A DNA stretch of 64,000 nucleotides from Octopus sinensis (GCF_006345805.1 NC_043016.1:2852001-2916000), one strand, 5' to 3'; positions 50,078 through 63,526 are shown, counted from the stretch's first letter. Notes: a model not told the origin generated them from the sequence alone. Program-made: numbers and translations.

Positions 50078-50385
50078 GAGAGTTCACAAACATTCTCACG
50101 GACACACAAATATACACGCATATACTTTACCGGAAACTTTATCTTTAAAGAAACAGCATTTGTTTTTGCAATGAAGTTTTGTCTTTAGAGGGAAGCTACT
50201 GTATGTTCTGGTATTGTTAGAATGTGGGTCTGCTATGTTTATAAACATTCCAGTAATGGTAACTCCACTATCATTTTTGTATATCTAAGTCTAAATTATC
50301 TCATGTCTTGGAAGAGTTTATATGTGCAGTTTAAGTCATGTTTTCTCGCGAAATAGCGTTTGTTCATTGGTATTAGAATCCTTAA

Positions 50386-50614
50386 GGCAGCAAGCTGGCA
50401 GAACCGTTAGCACGCCGGGCGAAATGCGAGCCGTATTTCGTCTGCCGTAACGTTCAGAGTTCAAATTCCGCCGAGGCCGACTTTGCCTTTCATCCTTTCG
50501 GGGTCGATAAATTAAGTACCAGTTACGCAATGGCGTCGATATAATCGACTTAATCCGTTGTCTGTCCTTGTTTGTTCTCTCTGTGTTTAGCCCCTTGTGG
50601 GTAGTAAAGAAATA
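50386..50614 (+). mobile_element. SINE family A with a probable 16-bp TSD
   Basis: Colinear with the other copies; ggtattagaatcctta (50369-50384) / ggtattaaaatcatta (50615-50630). Confidence 0.9.
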
Positions 50615-51500
50615 GGTATTAAAATCATTAGAATGGATTTCTTTACTTTAACATGTGCATGTTTGCTGTAATTTAGATTATCGTGATTATTTTTAGCAGT
50701 TTCAGTGGACGCATTCAAAGAGGAGGCAAGAAAGTGCTTGGTATTCTTATTCTTTCACATATTATTTTAATAATTCGGAAAGTATCGCTTTTGGTTGAGA
50801 TTAGGTCGCTATTTGTTGTAGGACGAGTTCCTACAAATCGCATACAAAAGCGACAATTATACGTGTCTTATTTGTGTGTATATAAATTAAATGCGTGTGT
50901 GTGAGTGTATATACCTATGTGTAAATGTTGACGTATTTGCTTTCGTAATTACATTTCCTTTCTCAATAAACAGAAATAGTAGCAACGACATTTTGCATTT
51001 GAAATAAGCGCAAATGCCTTTAAAAGTAATACAAATTATAATGTAGACGGAATATATGTATATGCAAAAAAAGAATCTACAATTGCAAATGCTTTAGTAT
51101 TAATCAGTTGGTGACTGATAAAGAAATTATCTAAAACAGATTTTTTTTAAAATTAAGAACATTTCTTGCAGCTCCTGAATCTCCGATATGCAAAGTAAAA
51201 ACAGCCGAAGAACGATATTGTTGAAAGAAAAAACTAAAATATAAAAAATAAAAATCTATGCTGAAGTGATTTTTTTTTCTATTAAGCTAACTTTTTAGAA
51301 AACCTTTTTATAGCAAGCTGAAAGTTGCCGGTTTACATTGCATATATTGCGATGTATCTAGAATGATCTACTAGATAGGTTTATGCGTGCATGTTTGAAA
51401 GTCTGAAATGGAAGTTTATCAGCGACATTGGGAAGCAATTAGAATGTTAAGTATGCTGGTAAATTAAAATTGTAGTTTTAAGTAAAGGAGGGAAGGATGG

Positions 51501-51593
<93 letters not shown>

Positions 51594-51969
51594 CAGAATG
51601 TAAGAAGACGGATAAGGAACTAAAAGTTTATTTTATTATTTACGAAATCAAAAGTATACAATATATAGTTTGCGATTCTCTATATTTTTGGCACCATTCC
51701 CTTGGTTGAGTCGTATTTATTTGTTAGTTACCTGTTCTCTGGGGGTAATGAGTATACGAGATTTCAACACTTAATTGATATCATAGCTTGATAAATCTAA
51801 CTCCGTTGATATTATGTATATGAGTGTGTGTATGTGTGTGGGGATAAATGTATGTGTGTCTATAAACATAGAGAAAGCCCAAATGATTGAATTTAAAACT
51901 ATCTCTCTCCATTCACAGACTCTATTCCTCGTCATAAACTCCTTCTCTCACTTTGTCGGTCTTGGTATC

Positions 51970-52009
<40 letters not shown>

Positions 52010-52336
52010 TCTCCCTCTCTCTCACTTCTTTTCATACACACAATTAAAAGCTTGGCAGTGACATCTAAGTTCCGTCTGTCGAAAACGAGAAATTTAAGAT
52101 TTCTAGATATGATAAATTTAATAAAAATGCACCCTATTAAAAATATTGGTGTCAAACTTTGTTACAAAGCCAGCAAACCCGGAATAAGGTCGATTATATT
52201 GACTCTCACAGTTCCACTGATGCCTATTTTATCGAAGACGGACGAAACGGCGCTAAGTATTCTGCTAATAATTTTGCCAGCCTACTGCTCTCACTCTATT
52301 AAAAAACATATTGCGAAATCATTCAGCTAAGTGCTT

Positions 52337-52413
<77 letters not shown>

Positions 52414-52492
52414 ATATGTCAGTAAATGGTGGACTTGTGTTATATATATACATAACACAAGAGAGAGAGAGAGATAGACATATATATATATA

Positions 52493-52663
52493 GGCATAGG
52501 AGTGGCCGTGTGGTAAGTAGCTTGTTTACCAACCACATGATTCCGGGTTCAGTCCCACTGTGTGGCACGTTGGGCAAGTGTCTTCTAATATAGCCTCGGG
52601 CCGACCAAAGCCTTGTGAGTGGATTTGGTAGACGGAAACTGAAAGAAGCCCGTCGTATATATG

Positions 52664-52694
<31 letters not shown>

Positions 52695-52914
52695 TTGTAT
52701 GTCTGTGTTTGTACCCCTAGCATTGCTTGAGAACCGATGCTGGTGTGTTTATGTCCCCGTTACCTAGCGGTTCGGCAAAAGAGACCGATAGAATAAGTAC
52801 TGGGCTTACAAAAGAATAAGTCCCGGGGTCGAGTTGCTCGATTAAAAAGGCGGTGCTCCAGCATGACCGCAGTCAAATGACTGAAACAAGTAAAAGAGTA
52901 AAAGAATAAAGAGT
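52493..52914 (+). mobile_element. SINE family B, full length with an intact head
   Basis: ggcataggagtggccgtgtggtaagtagcttgtttaccaaccacatg through to gtaaaagagtaaaaga. Confidence 0.9.
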
Positions 52915-53435
52915 ATATATATATATATATATATATAGATATATATGTACATATACATACATAAATTAATCGAAGTGTACAGTATCATATGTCCATTACG
53001 ACCGGTCATGCCGAACAGTTTCGCGTTAGGGGTTCAATGGAGTGTTAAATAACATTCGGATTAGACAACTCTCCACTCTTCAGAGATAGCAAAGCGCATG
53101 GTTTATAATCGAACTGTTGTCTAATATTCTAATGAATCGCAAGTGAGAAACCGATCGGTAAAATTGGCCACAATGGATATATACTACTGTCCACTTCGAT
53201 TAATATAACCACTCTACTGACAGATATACGAGTGCATTTTTCATCACTTACGGATTCTTAGTCGGTATACACACACATTTATTTACATACAAATATATAT
53301 ATACGAATACACACACATATATATGTATACACTATATATATACATACATATATCTATATATACACATATATATGTTATATATATGCATATATATATACTT
53401 ATATTATATATATGCATATATATACTTATATTATA

Positions 53436-53475
<40 letters not shown>

Positions 53476-53605
53476 ATATATTATGTATATATATATATAT
53501 ATATAAAATAATGTATGCATGTGTATACGTATATATATATTATATATACATACATATATCTATATATACACATATATATGTTATATATATGCATATATAT
53601 ATACT

Positions 53606-53642
<37 letters not shown>

Positions 53643-53699
53643 TATATTATCTATTATATATACAAAATGTGTGTGAGCTTTGCTTGTATAGATGTGCCA

Positions 53700-56320
53700 G
53701 CGCTTTCAGTCCTTAACGTCCTCAACACGTGTTATTATATAGTGAAATTTCTGAAAGAACTCCCAATCCTCACGAATAAACAGGATACTCTCACATCAGC
53801 ATTTCAACACATGGAAGTAGAAACAAGACTTTACAAAGAAAAAGTTGAATCAAGCCAAAACACGACTGAGACTTCGTCTAGTATAGTACAACATTTGAAT
53901 GCACAAAATATATTCTTGAAATACAATGAAATTCACTTGGAAAATGAAGCGGGCAAAAGGAAAACACAAATGAATAAACTATAGAGTTACAACTTAAATC
54001 AAAGAAAACAAGCTTACTGGAAAGCAATTAAAAATGGGAAGTTGGCCAACACATACATAAAATGGCAAAACCAGGAACCGAAGATTATTCCGCTTAAATT
54101 CCGACTCCACTATATGAATTCGGAGTCAAATAAAGAAACTCAGATTTGTTAAAATCTCTCACTTGGAAAATTTGATACAGAGATCAACTTACAAAAACTT
54201 CGCACAGTAAGTAACGAAGAGAAGTTTGAAAGTTATGATTCCTTCATATATAAATAAATATCTGATCGAACAGAGGGATTATTACGAGACGAAATATTTG
54301 ATCTTTGGAAGAGAGCAGTACAAAAATAAGAGGAGAAATCCAACGAAATACTGAAGGGACAACTCAATTGGTTAGAGAAATACCCACAAATGTATGGGAT
54401 GGACTTCCTGAAAACCACGACCAATAAATAATGATAAAAAAAAACCCCGCCAGACGTGGTTCACATACAGATCGTACGACTTATCGAAGGAAACAACTCT
54501 GACGTACCTAAGGTACCAAAACCGAGAAAAGACAAATATTTCAGCAAAATCTAACCAAAATAGAATTAAAAATGAAAAAAGACCCAACTAACACGCAACG
54601 ATAAACAATAACCATAGAAAAAACAAAAAAATACTCTTCTTTAACCCAAAGTAACCGTAATTCCCAACAAAAATATCGAAGATTCAGTAACTGGACCAAC
54701 CACCCAGAATTGAAATATTATGATTATGATGACAATACCATCAATAAAAATAATAATCATAATACCTCATAAAGGAAGAAAACTTTTTTAGGATATAAGA
54801 TCTCAAAACAGACACGGAAGAGAAACCTAAGGATACAGGAAATAAAGAGAAGAATGATATAATGATATAATGATATAATGATAAAGAGAAGAATGATATA
54901 AAAGTAATAAATATTTCAGAAAGAAACCTCAAGGAAAACGAAGTTAACCTTGTAAAATATGGACTCGAATTTACACCAACCCTGCAACGCAACGCTACAG
55001 GTCTTATTAAAGACACGGAAGAATTTTGCAGAAAACTCCGCCCGAAAGATTTATTTCAAAATAAACTCAATGAAGACTCATCGATTGTGAAGAACCATAT
55101 AGCCTTTATACCTCCAGTAAACAAAAACGGATACTTAGAGGAATATATAATGTATCTGAAAAATACTGCAAAATCCGATATCACAATGGACCATGGCAGA
55201 ATCAAATATTACGCTTGAAGAAAAAGAAGCTTTAGAATCTTTACAAAAAGATCACTCAATAATTATTAAGGAAGCGGACAAAGGAGGGGCAGTTGTCATA
55301 AAGGACAAACTCCATTATAGAGAAATGGTCCTTGAGCACCTAAATAACCAAAACTTCTACAAAAAAATTAGAAAATAATCTAGATAGGTATATATTAAAT
55401 AAGATTAGTAAACTTACAAACACATATAAAAATGAACTTATAAAAAAAAGAATTAGATTACCTTACTAAGTTTGAAATAAAAACCAGTAACTTCTATGGT
55501 CTTCCGAAAATCCACAAATCTCAAGAAATCAAGGACAGTTCAGTTTCAAGGACATCTAGACTTCCTATATAAAGATTCCCAGACCCTTTGATCTTAAATT
55601 GAGACCAACTGTAGCAGGACCGGCATCAAGCACATCAGGACTAAACAACGTGCTTGATACAATTCTAAAACTCTTATGTAAATTGGTCCCTAGTTTTATT
55701 AGAGAAGATATGGATTTCCTAAACCACATCCCAAAAAGAGTGAACAAAGAAACCAATTAGTCAGCTTTGATGTAGTCAGTCTCTACACCAATATCCTCCA
55801 TAACTTGGGACGAGAAACAACAGAGTTCTGGATGCACAAACATCCACAAGGAATCCAAGGAAGATTCTCCAAGGAGTTCATACTTGAAGGGCTACAGCTA
55901 GTACCAGAAAATAACTACTTCTTTTTTGACGACCAGTACTACATACAAATACATGGGACGGCAATGCGTACCAGGGTAGCACCTACATTTGCCACACTAG
56001 TAATGGGATATTTGGAAGGAAAATAATAAACAACGTCCATGGATCAATCTAATTCACTACGGAAATGAATGAAAGGGAACTCCTCTTCCAAGATATCTTG
56101 AGATTATAACAACTGACCTCCATTACAAAAGCACGGACACGTACCAATATTTTGACTTCAGATCTTGCCATCCTTCCCATACAAAAAAGGAACATACCCT
56201 TTAATATGGCAAGACGAATATGCACAGTAGTTTCGGAGACAAATAGAAGAGAAAGACGACTTGCAAATTTTAACTTGCTCCTTTAAAAACAAAAATACCC
56301 CACCAAACTAATAACCCCAC
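53700..56320 (+). mobile_element. Penelope-like element (N-terminal region plus RT), disrupted and 3'-truncated; 5' boundary approximate
   Basis: YGLEFTPT, IIKEADKGGAVVI, FYGLPKIHK, LRPTVAG, SFDVVSLYTNI, QIHGTAMRTRVAP, YKSTDT..Y and SCHPSH. Confidence 0.85.
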
Positions 56321-56326
56321 CAAACA

Positions 56327-56436
56327 AGAAGGAGGGTTTAACGTTTCGAGCGGAGCTCTTCGTCGGAAAGATCCAGAGAAGGGAAGACAGAGGAAAAAAA
56401 ATCGCCAACGGTACACACGCGGTCACATTTTGAACT
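56327..56436 (-). repeat. Inverted pLTR-like segment with a hammerhead motif (56336-56369) abutting the PLE
   Basis: Minus strand: ttt ccgacga a gagc tcc gctc gaaacgtt aaac. Confidence 0.65.
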
Positions 56437-56450
56437 ATATATATATATAT

Positions 56451-57608
56451 AATAAATATAAGAGAGTGGTCACTATATGGCTCACTCTAGCACCAGTTAA
56501 TCCAAAAGGTTTCAACCACAAAAATACATGTTTCCCATGAAAGTCAGTACGATTGTTAGCTCACACGGACAGGGCAAATAAAAAATAACAAAAATACAGA
56601 TTATTTTGGGACAATTGTTTCGCTATTAATGAATTAAATGTAATTTTACTTACAAAAAAAATCCACTTGTAGCTCCTCAGCCAAAACTATCTGGATGAAA
56701 TCCACTCAATCACACGCCAGATTTTACCATAACGATAAATACGCGTGTGGTTCAATGATTACATCCGACGTTATAATTCAAATGCCCCAACTAACAGCGC
56801 GCCAAATTTTCACGGAAAACAAATACAGCATTTAGAAATAAATGCAGCATAATTATAATTAATTAATAAGGGTGAGAGAATTAGATACTAATTTAATAGT
56901 ATATCTATTCTACACCAAGTGGCCTAGTGCTCCGAGAAACCTGGATTATTATAATATTTTATAATATATTATAATATTTTTACAAAATAAATATAAGAGA
57001 GGGTCACTATATGGCTCACTCTAGCACAGTTAATCCAAAAGGTTTCAACCACAAAAATACATGTTTCCCATGAAAGTCAGTACGATTGTTAGCTCACACG
57101 GACAGGGCATAAAAAAATAACAAAAATACAGATTATTTTGGGACACTTGTTTCGCTATTAATGAATTAAATGTAATTTTACTTACAAAAAAAATCCACTT
57201 GTAGCTCCTCAGCAAAACTATCTGGATGAAATCCACTCAATCACACGCCAGATTTTACCATAACGATAAATACGCGTGTGTTCAATTGATTACATCCGAC
57301 GTTATAATTCAAATGCCCCAACTAACAAAATAATCTGTATTTTTGTTATTTTTTATTTGCCCTGTCCGTGTGAGCTAACAATCGTACTGACTTTCATGGG
57401 AAACATGTATTTTTGTGGTTGAAACCTTTTGGATTAACTGGTGCTAGAGTGAGCCATATAGTGACCACTCTCTTATATTATTTTGTAAAAATATTATAAT
57501 ATATTATAAAATATTATAATAATCCAGGTTTTCGGAGCACTAGGCCACTTGGTGTAGAATAGATATACTATTAAATTAGTATCTAATTCTCTCACCCTTA
57601 TTAATTAA
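56451..57608. repeat. 535-bp tandem duplication (1.6 copies) followed by a ~282-bp inverted copy
   Basis: Units start at 56451 and 56986; 57326-57608 is the reverse complement of 56859-57140. Confidence 0.92.
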
Positions 57609-57621
57609 ATATAATATATAT

Positions 57622-57657
<36 letters not shown>

Positions 57658-57724
57658 AGTAAATAAGTGGAGTTGAACGAAGATGTTATTAAAATTCTTT
57701 TACTTTCAACATATGTTTCGAAGA

Positions 57725-58088
57725 CAGCATGGTTTTATGGGTTCAGTCCCACTGCGTGGCATCTTGGGCAAGTGTCTCCTACTGTAGCCTCGGGTTAGCC
57801 GAATCCTTGTGAGTGGATTAAGTAGACGGAAACCGAAAGAAGTCCTTCGTATATATGTGTGTGTGTGTGTGTGTGTATATATTTGAGTGTATATATTTGT
57901 TTGTCCGCCCACCTGCGGTTGACAACCGATGTTGGTGTGTCTACATCCCGTAACTTAGCGGTTCAGCAAAAGAGACCAAGACTACTAGGCTTACAAAGAA
58001 TAAGTCCTGGGGTCGCCTTGTTCAACAAAAGTCAGTGCTCCAGCATGGCCGTAGTCAAGTGTCTGAAACAAATAAGAGAATAAAAGAA
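57725..58088 (+). mobile_element. SINE family B, 5'-truncated and diverged
   Basis: gggttcagtcccactgcgtggcatcttgggcaag through to gtgctccagcatggccgtagtcaa. Confidence 0.85.
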
Positions 58089-58134
58089 TATATATATAGG
58101 TGTGTGTGGATATATACGTATATACATATATATA

Positions 58135-58180
<46 letters not shown>

Positions 58181-58190
58181 TACATATATA

Positions 58191-58221
<31 letters not shown>

Positions 58222-58250
58222 ATTATATATATATATATACACGCACACAC

Positions 58251-58281
<31 letters not shown>

Positions 58282-58688
58282 CACACGCATATATATTTAC
58301 ATATATATACATACAGGCATACACATACACATATATCTATGTACTGAAACAGGTGATAAATAAGCTGTGCTCATACCTGCGTGTGTGTGTATTTCTGTGT
58401 ACGTGTATATGTATGTTTGTATAACTGTATGGGATGTACGTCGATAGCCTTCACTGTATATTGGTATGCATATAATTCCACGAAATATGACATCTGTTTG
58501 TTTCTATTATTAAAGCTGACACAGAAGAGTGAGTGGTAAGCGTGTGTTGGGCGGGCGGTCATTGAACGCAATTTAATAACGCTGTCAGGAATCTTATTCA
58601 GCATGAAAAATGTATCATGGTCCGTTGTGGAACAATAAAAAGTATACAAACAATAATAATGACACTGCTACCACAACAACAAGAACAA

Positions 58689-58737
<49 letters not shown>

Positions 58738-58744
58738 GCTACTG

Positions 58745-58806
<62 letters not shown>

Positions 58807-58855
58807 GATGATGATGATAATAACAGTAATAATAATAATAGTAATAATAATAATG

Positions 58856-58896
<41 letters not shown>

Positions 58897-58897
<1 letters not shown>

Positions 58898-59446
58898 CCC
58901 TGATGCAGTACCAGGCAGTGGCTCTCATGGCTTCTGATCTTAACTGATTGGAAGTGTTATCATGTACATTGTTTTGTCTTGGTATAAAAGATGGCTACAG
59001 CAAATATTCTGCTCAATACCACAGATTTGCTTGTCAGTTGTTTGACCTTAACCAGTTGAGCATGTCCTTAGTGGCTGACGATATGTGCATCTCTGATCAC
59101 GAGCAGAAGTAGTGGGGGAGCATCATAGCCATGTGTTGAGAGGGATTCTTGGGGTTTGAATGGTTCACCTCTGGAAACATGGGTGGTTCTTTCAACATCC
59201 TTAAACAACCCTTATTCAGGGACCGTTTGAGCAGGATGGGCTACTCAAAATGAAGAAAATTCTAACTGGGCCCCACCTGCAAGGTCATGTGCTGTTTATC
59301 TTGATATGAGATCACCATGTCGCGCACATATGGTTGTGATGCATGTGCCTGGTGTACCTTTATCAGACGGGTAGTCATGATGGGTATATTGGGCTTCGTA
59401 TATTTTACCCCAGTGTCACTTTGATGCATGAACTGCTCTCTCACTC
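58897..59446 (+). mobile_element. 550-bp non-coding dispersed element flanked on both sides by (TAA)n; orientation assumed
   Basis: Sharp boundaries against TAA arrays and a second copy at 46610-46910. No ORF or clear Pol III boxes found. Confidence 0.75.
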
Positions 59447-59576
59447 AATAATAATAATAATAATTATAATAACAAAAATAATAATAATATAATAATAATA
59501 TAATAATAATAATATAATAATAATAATAATAATAATAGTAATAATAATAATTATTATAATAACAATAATAATAATA

Positions 59577-59617
<41 letters not shown>

Positions 59618-59896
59618 GCTTTATTGGCCAGAAGGACGCAAAATCATTAAGACTACAAAGACAGTGGACGGGGGATGGATTTGCATAGAAACTTGTAAAC
59701 AACAAGACAATGGAAATTTACAAGAGGAAACTTGAGAACCGAAATCTCGAATCCGAACCAAGGGCGAGTTCTTTATTAGTCACAAAGTCTTGAAGAGTAA
59801 CACAATATGCAAAGAAATGTTAATCTCGTTTTTAGAAAGGAAACGTATATGCTGAGAATGTTTTATACATTTGTGATGCTAAAGATATTGTACATA

Positions 59897-60095
59897 CTCT
59901 TACTCTTTTACTCTTTTACTTGTTTCAGTCATTTGACTGCGGCCATGCTGGAGCACCGCCTTTAATCGAGCAACTCGACCCCAGGACTTATTCTTTTGTA
60001 AGCCCAGTACTTATTCTATCGGTCTCTTTTGCCGAACCGCTAAGTAACGGGGACATAAACACACCAGCATCGGTTGTCAAGCAATGCTAGGGGGG
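59897..60095 (-). mobile_element. 3' half of SINE family B
   Basis: tactcttttactcttttacttgtttcagtcatttgactgcggccatgctggagcaccgcc is the reverse complement of the SINE-B tail. Confidence 0.9.
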
Positions 60096-61384
60096 CAAAA
60101 GGACGAATTAAGATTTTAAAACACAAACATTTACACTGAAATAAGCAACAATGTGATTAAAACAAAAGATAATTAAAAAATAAAACATGAATGTTAACCA
60201 CCTAGTTGCGGTTACTGGTTTTATAGGTGTTGTTTTCTTGTAGAAAGCAAGTTTCCATTAAAGACCCTTGAGTCTGTTGGTTATGAAAATCTCTTACATC
60301 TTGGAAGATGGATTTTATCAATTCGTTATATTATTTTAATTGTACTAACTAACATCCTATCGTTTGCATGCTTCCTATATTTCGAAACTAATTTACGTAG
60401 CTTTCGACATCCTGAGACGCATGAGACGGTCAAAGTGCGCCAGCTATAGCGGTTCCTCGCTTCGCAAAATGTGTCATTCCATTTCCTTCTAATCAACTGC
60501 ATGTCCCTGCAGATTGTTTGGTGTTAATTCGTCTTTGGGCTCTCCTCTCCATATCTATGAGCTGGCGATTAGAGTGAGAAATGCAGTAAGTTAGCGTTTG
60601 TACTATACCATCAAATCCTTATAATTGGTCTCGGCACCCTCGACTGAGCACCATACCAATATGGCTTGCAGATTCATATTGACAGAAGTGATAATCAACA
60701 AAAAACCACGTTGCTTAAATGTTCTTAGTCATTTTAGTTACTTTGCCTGAAGCACAGGAGCTAAAGTGGATCGGTGCAGGTATATTTAGCATTTGCAGCC
60801 CATGTTTTGGTTGAATCAACCATTTTAACGTAAATTCTTTTCGTTCTCATTTGCAAAGAAGCGCAATCTGGTTTTTGAGAAATTCTCCCAGCTATATTTT
60901 TCCTGGTTTAAGCTGTGATAAGTCAAACTCTTTTACGTTAGACTTGATGCGAAATTAGCTTTAAGACAGGCAGTATAGGTTCCTGATTCTTTGAGCGGTA
61001 AGCACTTATAGTACTTGTTTTTACTGTTCAGACAATCTTGCAAATAATTTATTGGACTGTTTAGAATATTTTCTGTTTATTGCTAATTAGAATGTCTTTT
61101 TTTACATTCTTTCAGTTGTATACACCGTTGCTTTGTGTTGTTATTTTCTCCTTTCATCTTCACTTTATATTGCCGATCGAGGATACTTGAGTAGTATCAT
61201 TACCTGGATATTCAACAGCTTTTGTAGATTGGACAAAATTTGATTTAGCAAATCTAGACAGAATTATGAAAGCATTCAGTATGAATGAATGGTCCCATCC
61301 AAGATCAGGAATAGCAACAATTGTATTTTCTTGAAATAAAGGTGGTAGAAGTATGTCAGTAGAAAACTGTGTGGAGTTAGATAG

Positions 61385-61607
61385 AGTAGATATACTTTTC
61401 TACCCTACGTACAAGACCCGAAATTTTGGGGGAGTGAGCAGTCGATTACATCAATACCAGTACGTAACAGGTACTTAATTCATCGACCCCGAAAAGATGA
61501 AAGGCAAAGTCGACCTCGGCGGAATTTGAACTCAGAACGTAAGACAGATGAAATACCGCTAAGCATTTCGCCCGATGTGCTAACGCTTCTCCCAGCTCGC
61601 CGCCTTA
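61385..61607 (-). mobile_element. SINE with a family-A head and body but a different 3' tail
   Basis: Family-A head and body to gatgtaatcgact, then gctcactcccccaaaatttcgggtcttgtacgtagggtagaaaag. Confidence 0.8.
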
Positions 61608-61639
61608 CAGTCGAAATTTTTTACTAAGAGCTGCTAGCA

Positions 61640-62660
61640 TAACAGTAGAGGATATAGAAAAAATGGGCAAATATAATTAAAAACCGGTAAAAAGAAGCAA
61701 GATTGTCTAACTGGCAAAAGAAGGATTTGCATGGTAAATTTTCACACATAGTGAGAGGAAATAGTAATAATGAGGCATGTTTGTGGAGGGCGGTAGAAAG
61801 TTTGATAGTAGCAGCACAAGATCAGATATTGAGGAATAATTAGATAAAAGGCAAGACAGACAAAAGTCAGGTAGATTTCTAATGTAGGTTATGCAAGATA
61901 AAGGAGGAAATTATTACTGATATATATAGTATATATACAGCATGCTGGCCCAGGAGGAATGCAAGAAAAGACATGAGAACCTGAGAAGAATAATCCACTG
62001 GGAGTTATGGAGAAAGCTAAGGTTTGACCATACTAATTAATGGTATGAGCATGAACATGGCGGTGAGCTGGCAGAAACGTTAGCACGCCGAAATGCTTAG
62101 AAGTATTTCGTCTGCCGCCGAGGTCGACTTTGCCTTTCATCCTTTCGGGGTCGATAGATTAAGTACTAGCACTGGGGTCGATGTAATCGACTTAATCCCT
62201 TTGTCTGTCCTTGTTTGTTCCCTCTGTGTTTAGCCCCTTGTGGGCAATAAAGAAATAGGTATGAACATGAACCTAGTGAAGAGCTAGAAAGTGAGCAATA
62301 TAAGAGGTTGTAGGATTTTTAAATTCCAACTGACAGTGTAATAGAAGCTAGAAGGCGTGATTCAGTAGTAATAGAGGAGCATAGAAAGTGTTAGATAATT
62401 AACTTTACAGTTCCAAAGTCAATAGGAGAGGTATAGAAAAAATAGCAAAGTACCAGGACCTAGCCATTGAATTACAGAGACTATGGAAAGTGCAGGTAAA
62501 AACCTATCCCTGTAGTTATAGGTGCATTAGGTACTAACCCTAAAGATTCGAAAAGATGGATTGAGGAAATAGGCGTAAAAGCCAGTTTAATGCAGCTCCC
62601 GAAAATAGCCTTATAAGGGAGATATAGATTACTTAGGAAGGTTCTCATTATCTAAGGTTA
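61640..62660 (+). mobile_element. Decayed R4/Dong-type RLE LINE 3' fragment, interrupted by SINE-A
   Basis: LHGKF, IVAAQDQ, CRLCK, KRHE..IHWEL, WYEHE|P, EKIAKYQDL..ELQRLWK and VIGALG. Confidence 0.8.
62059..62257 (+). mobile_element. SINE family A (small internal deletions) with a 15-bp TSD
   Basis: ggtatgagcatgaac (62042-62056) / ggtatgaacatgaac (62258-62272). Confidence 0.9.
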
Positions 62661-62989
62661 CTTGTTATAGCCTGATGATAGGAATATTTTCCCAACAGCC
62701 TATTATGTTGTGTGTATAGGAAATAATTATAACGGTAACAAAAACAACAGCACCAACAACAACGATGATAATGATAATTGGGTAAGCTAATGATGATAAT
62801 GGGGTAAGCTAAGCAGAAAAGAAATAGATAAAGTAAAATCCCAACAATGGTTGCGAAATACATAATGAAGAATAATACAATAAGTAGCTGCTGAATATAT
62901 GGTGGGGAAGAAACAACAAATTATATTGTCTCTCGTTGCTCCTTCCTGGTTAAGACAGACTTAAGACCTATATACACTAGAAGCTATGC

Positions 62990-63460
62990 TAACGCTATGG
63001 AACGACAAAGAAAAGGGGATAGTATAGGCATATCCCAGAAAAGGTCTCATACAATGACAAAGCAACCATACTGTGGGATATCTCGATACATACAGATAGA
63101 CAGATCAAGGCTAATTGACTGGGTATAGTTGTCAGAGAAAACGAAGAGAAATACTGCCTTTTAATTGATGTACCAATGCCAACAGATGACAGTGTGCCTC
63201 TAAAAGAAATAGAGAAATACAAAGTTCTGGAAATAGAGCCTTAAAAAGGAAACAATTCCTATAGTAATATGTGAATTAGGTATGATTGAAAAACATTCTC
63301 ACAAATAGACAATCAAAACATCTAACATACAGAAAATAGCACCGCCAAGCACAGCCCACATCCTAAGTAGAACAACACCAAAATCCACTGACATACACAA
63401 GGAACACAGAGCTGTGCTCGGTAGAGCAGTGGTAGCACCTGATAAAAATAAGACTACAGA
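62990..63460 (+). mobile_element. 3' fragment of the same Dong family as 20057-23400
   Basis: ATILWDISIHTDRQIKAN, LLIDVP and UTR acacagagctgtgctcggtag...taaaaataagactac match 22930-23400; followed by (TAA)n. Confidence 0.85.
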
Positions 63461-63464
63461 ATAT

Positions 63465-63526
<62 letters not shown>

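Noticed and set aside
53300-53650. Duplicated TA-rich block (also at 1490-1780)
   Set aside because: Ordinary slippage or unequal exchange within microsatellites.
60230-61380. Possible old LINE remnant on the minus strand
   Set aside because: Only vague coding-like patches; no motif I can name with confidence.
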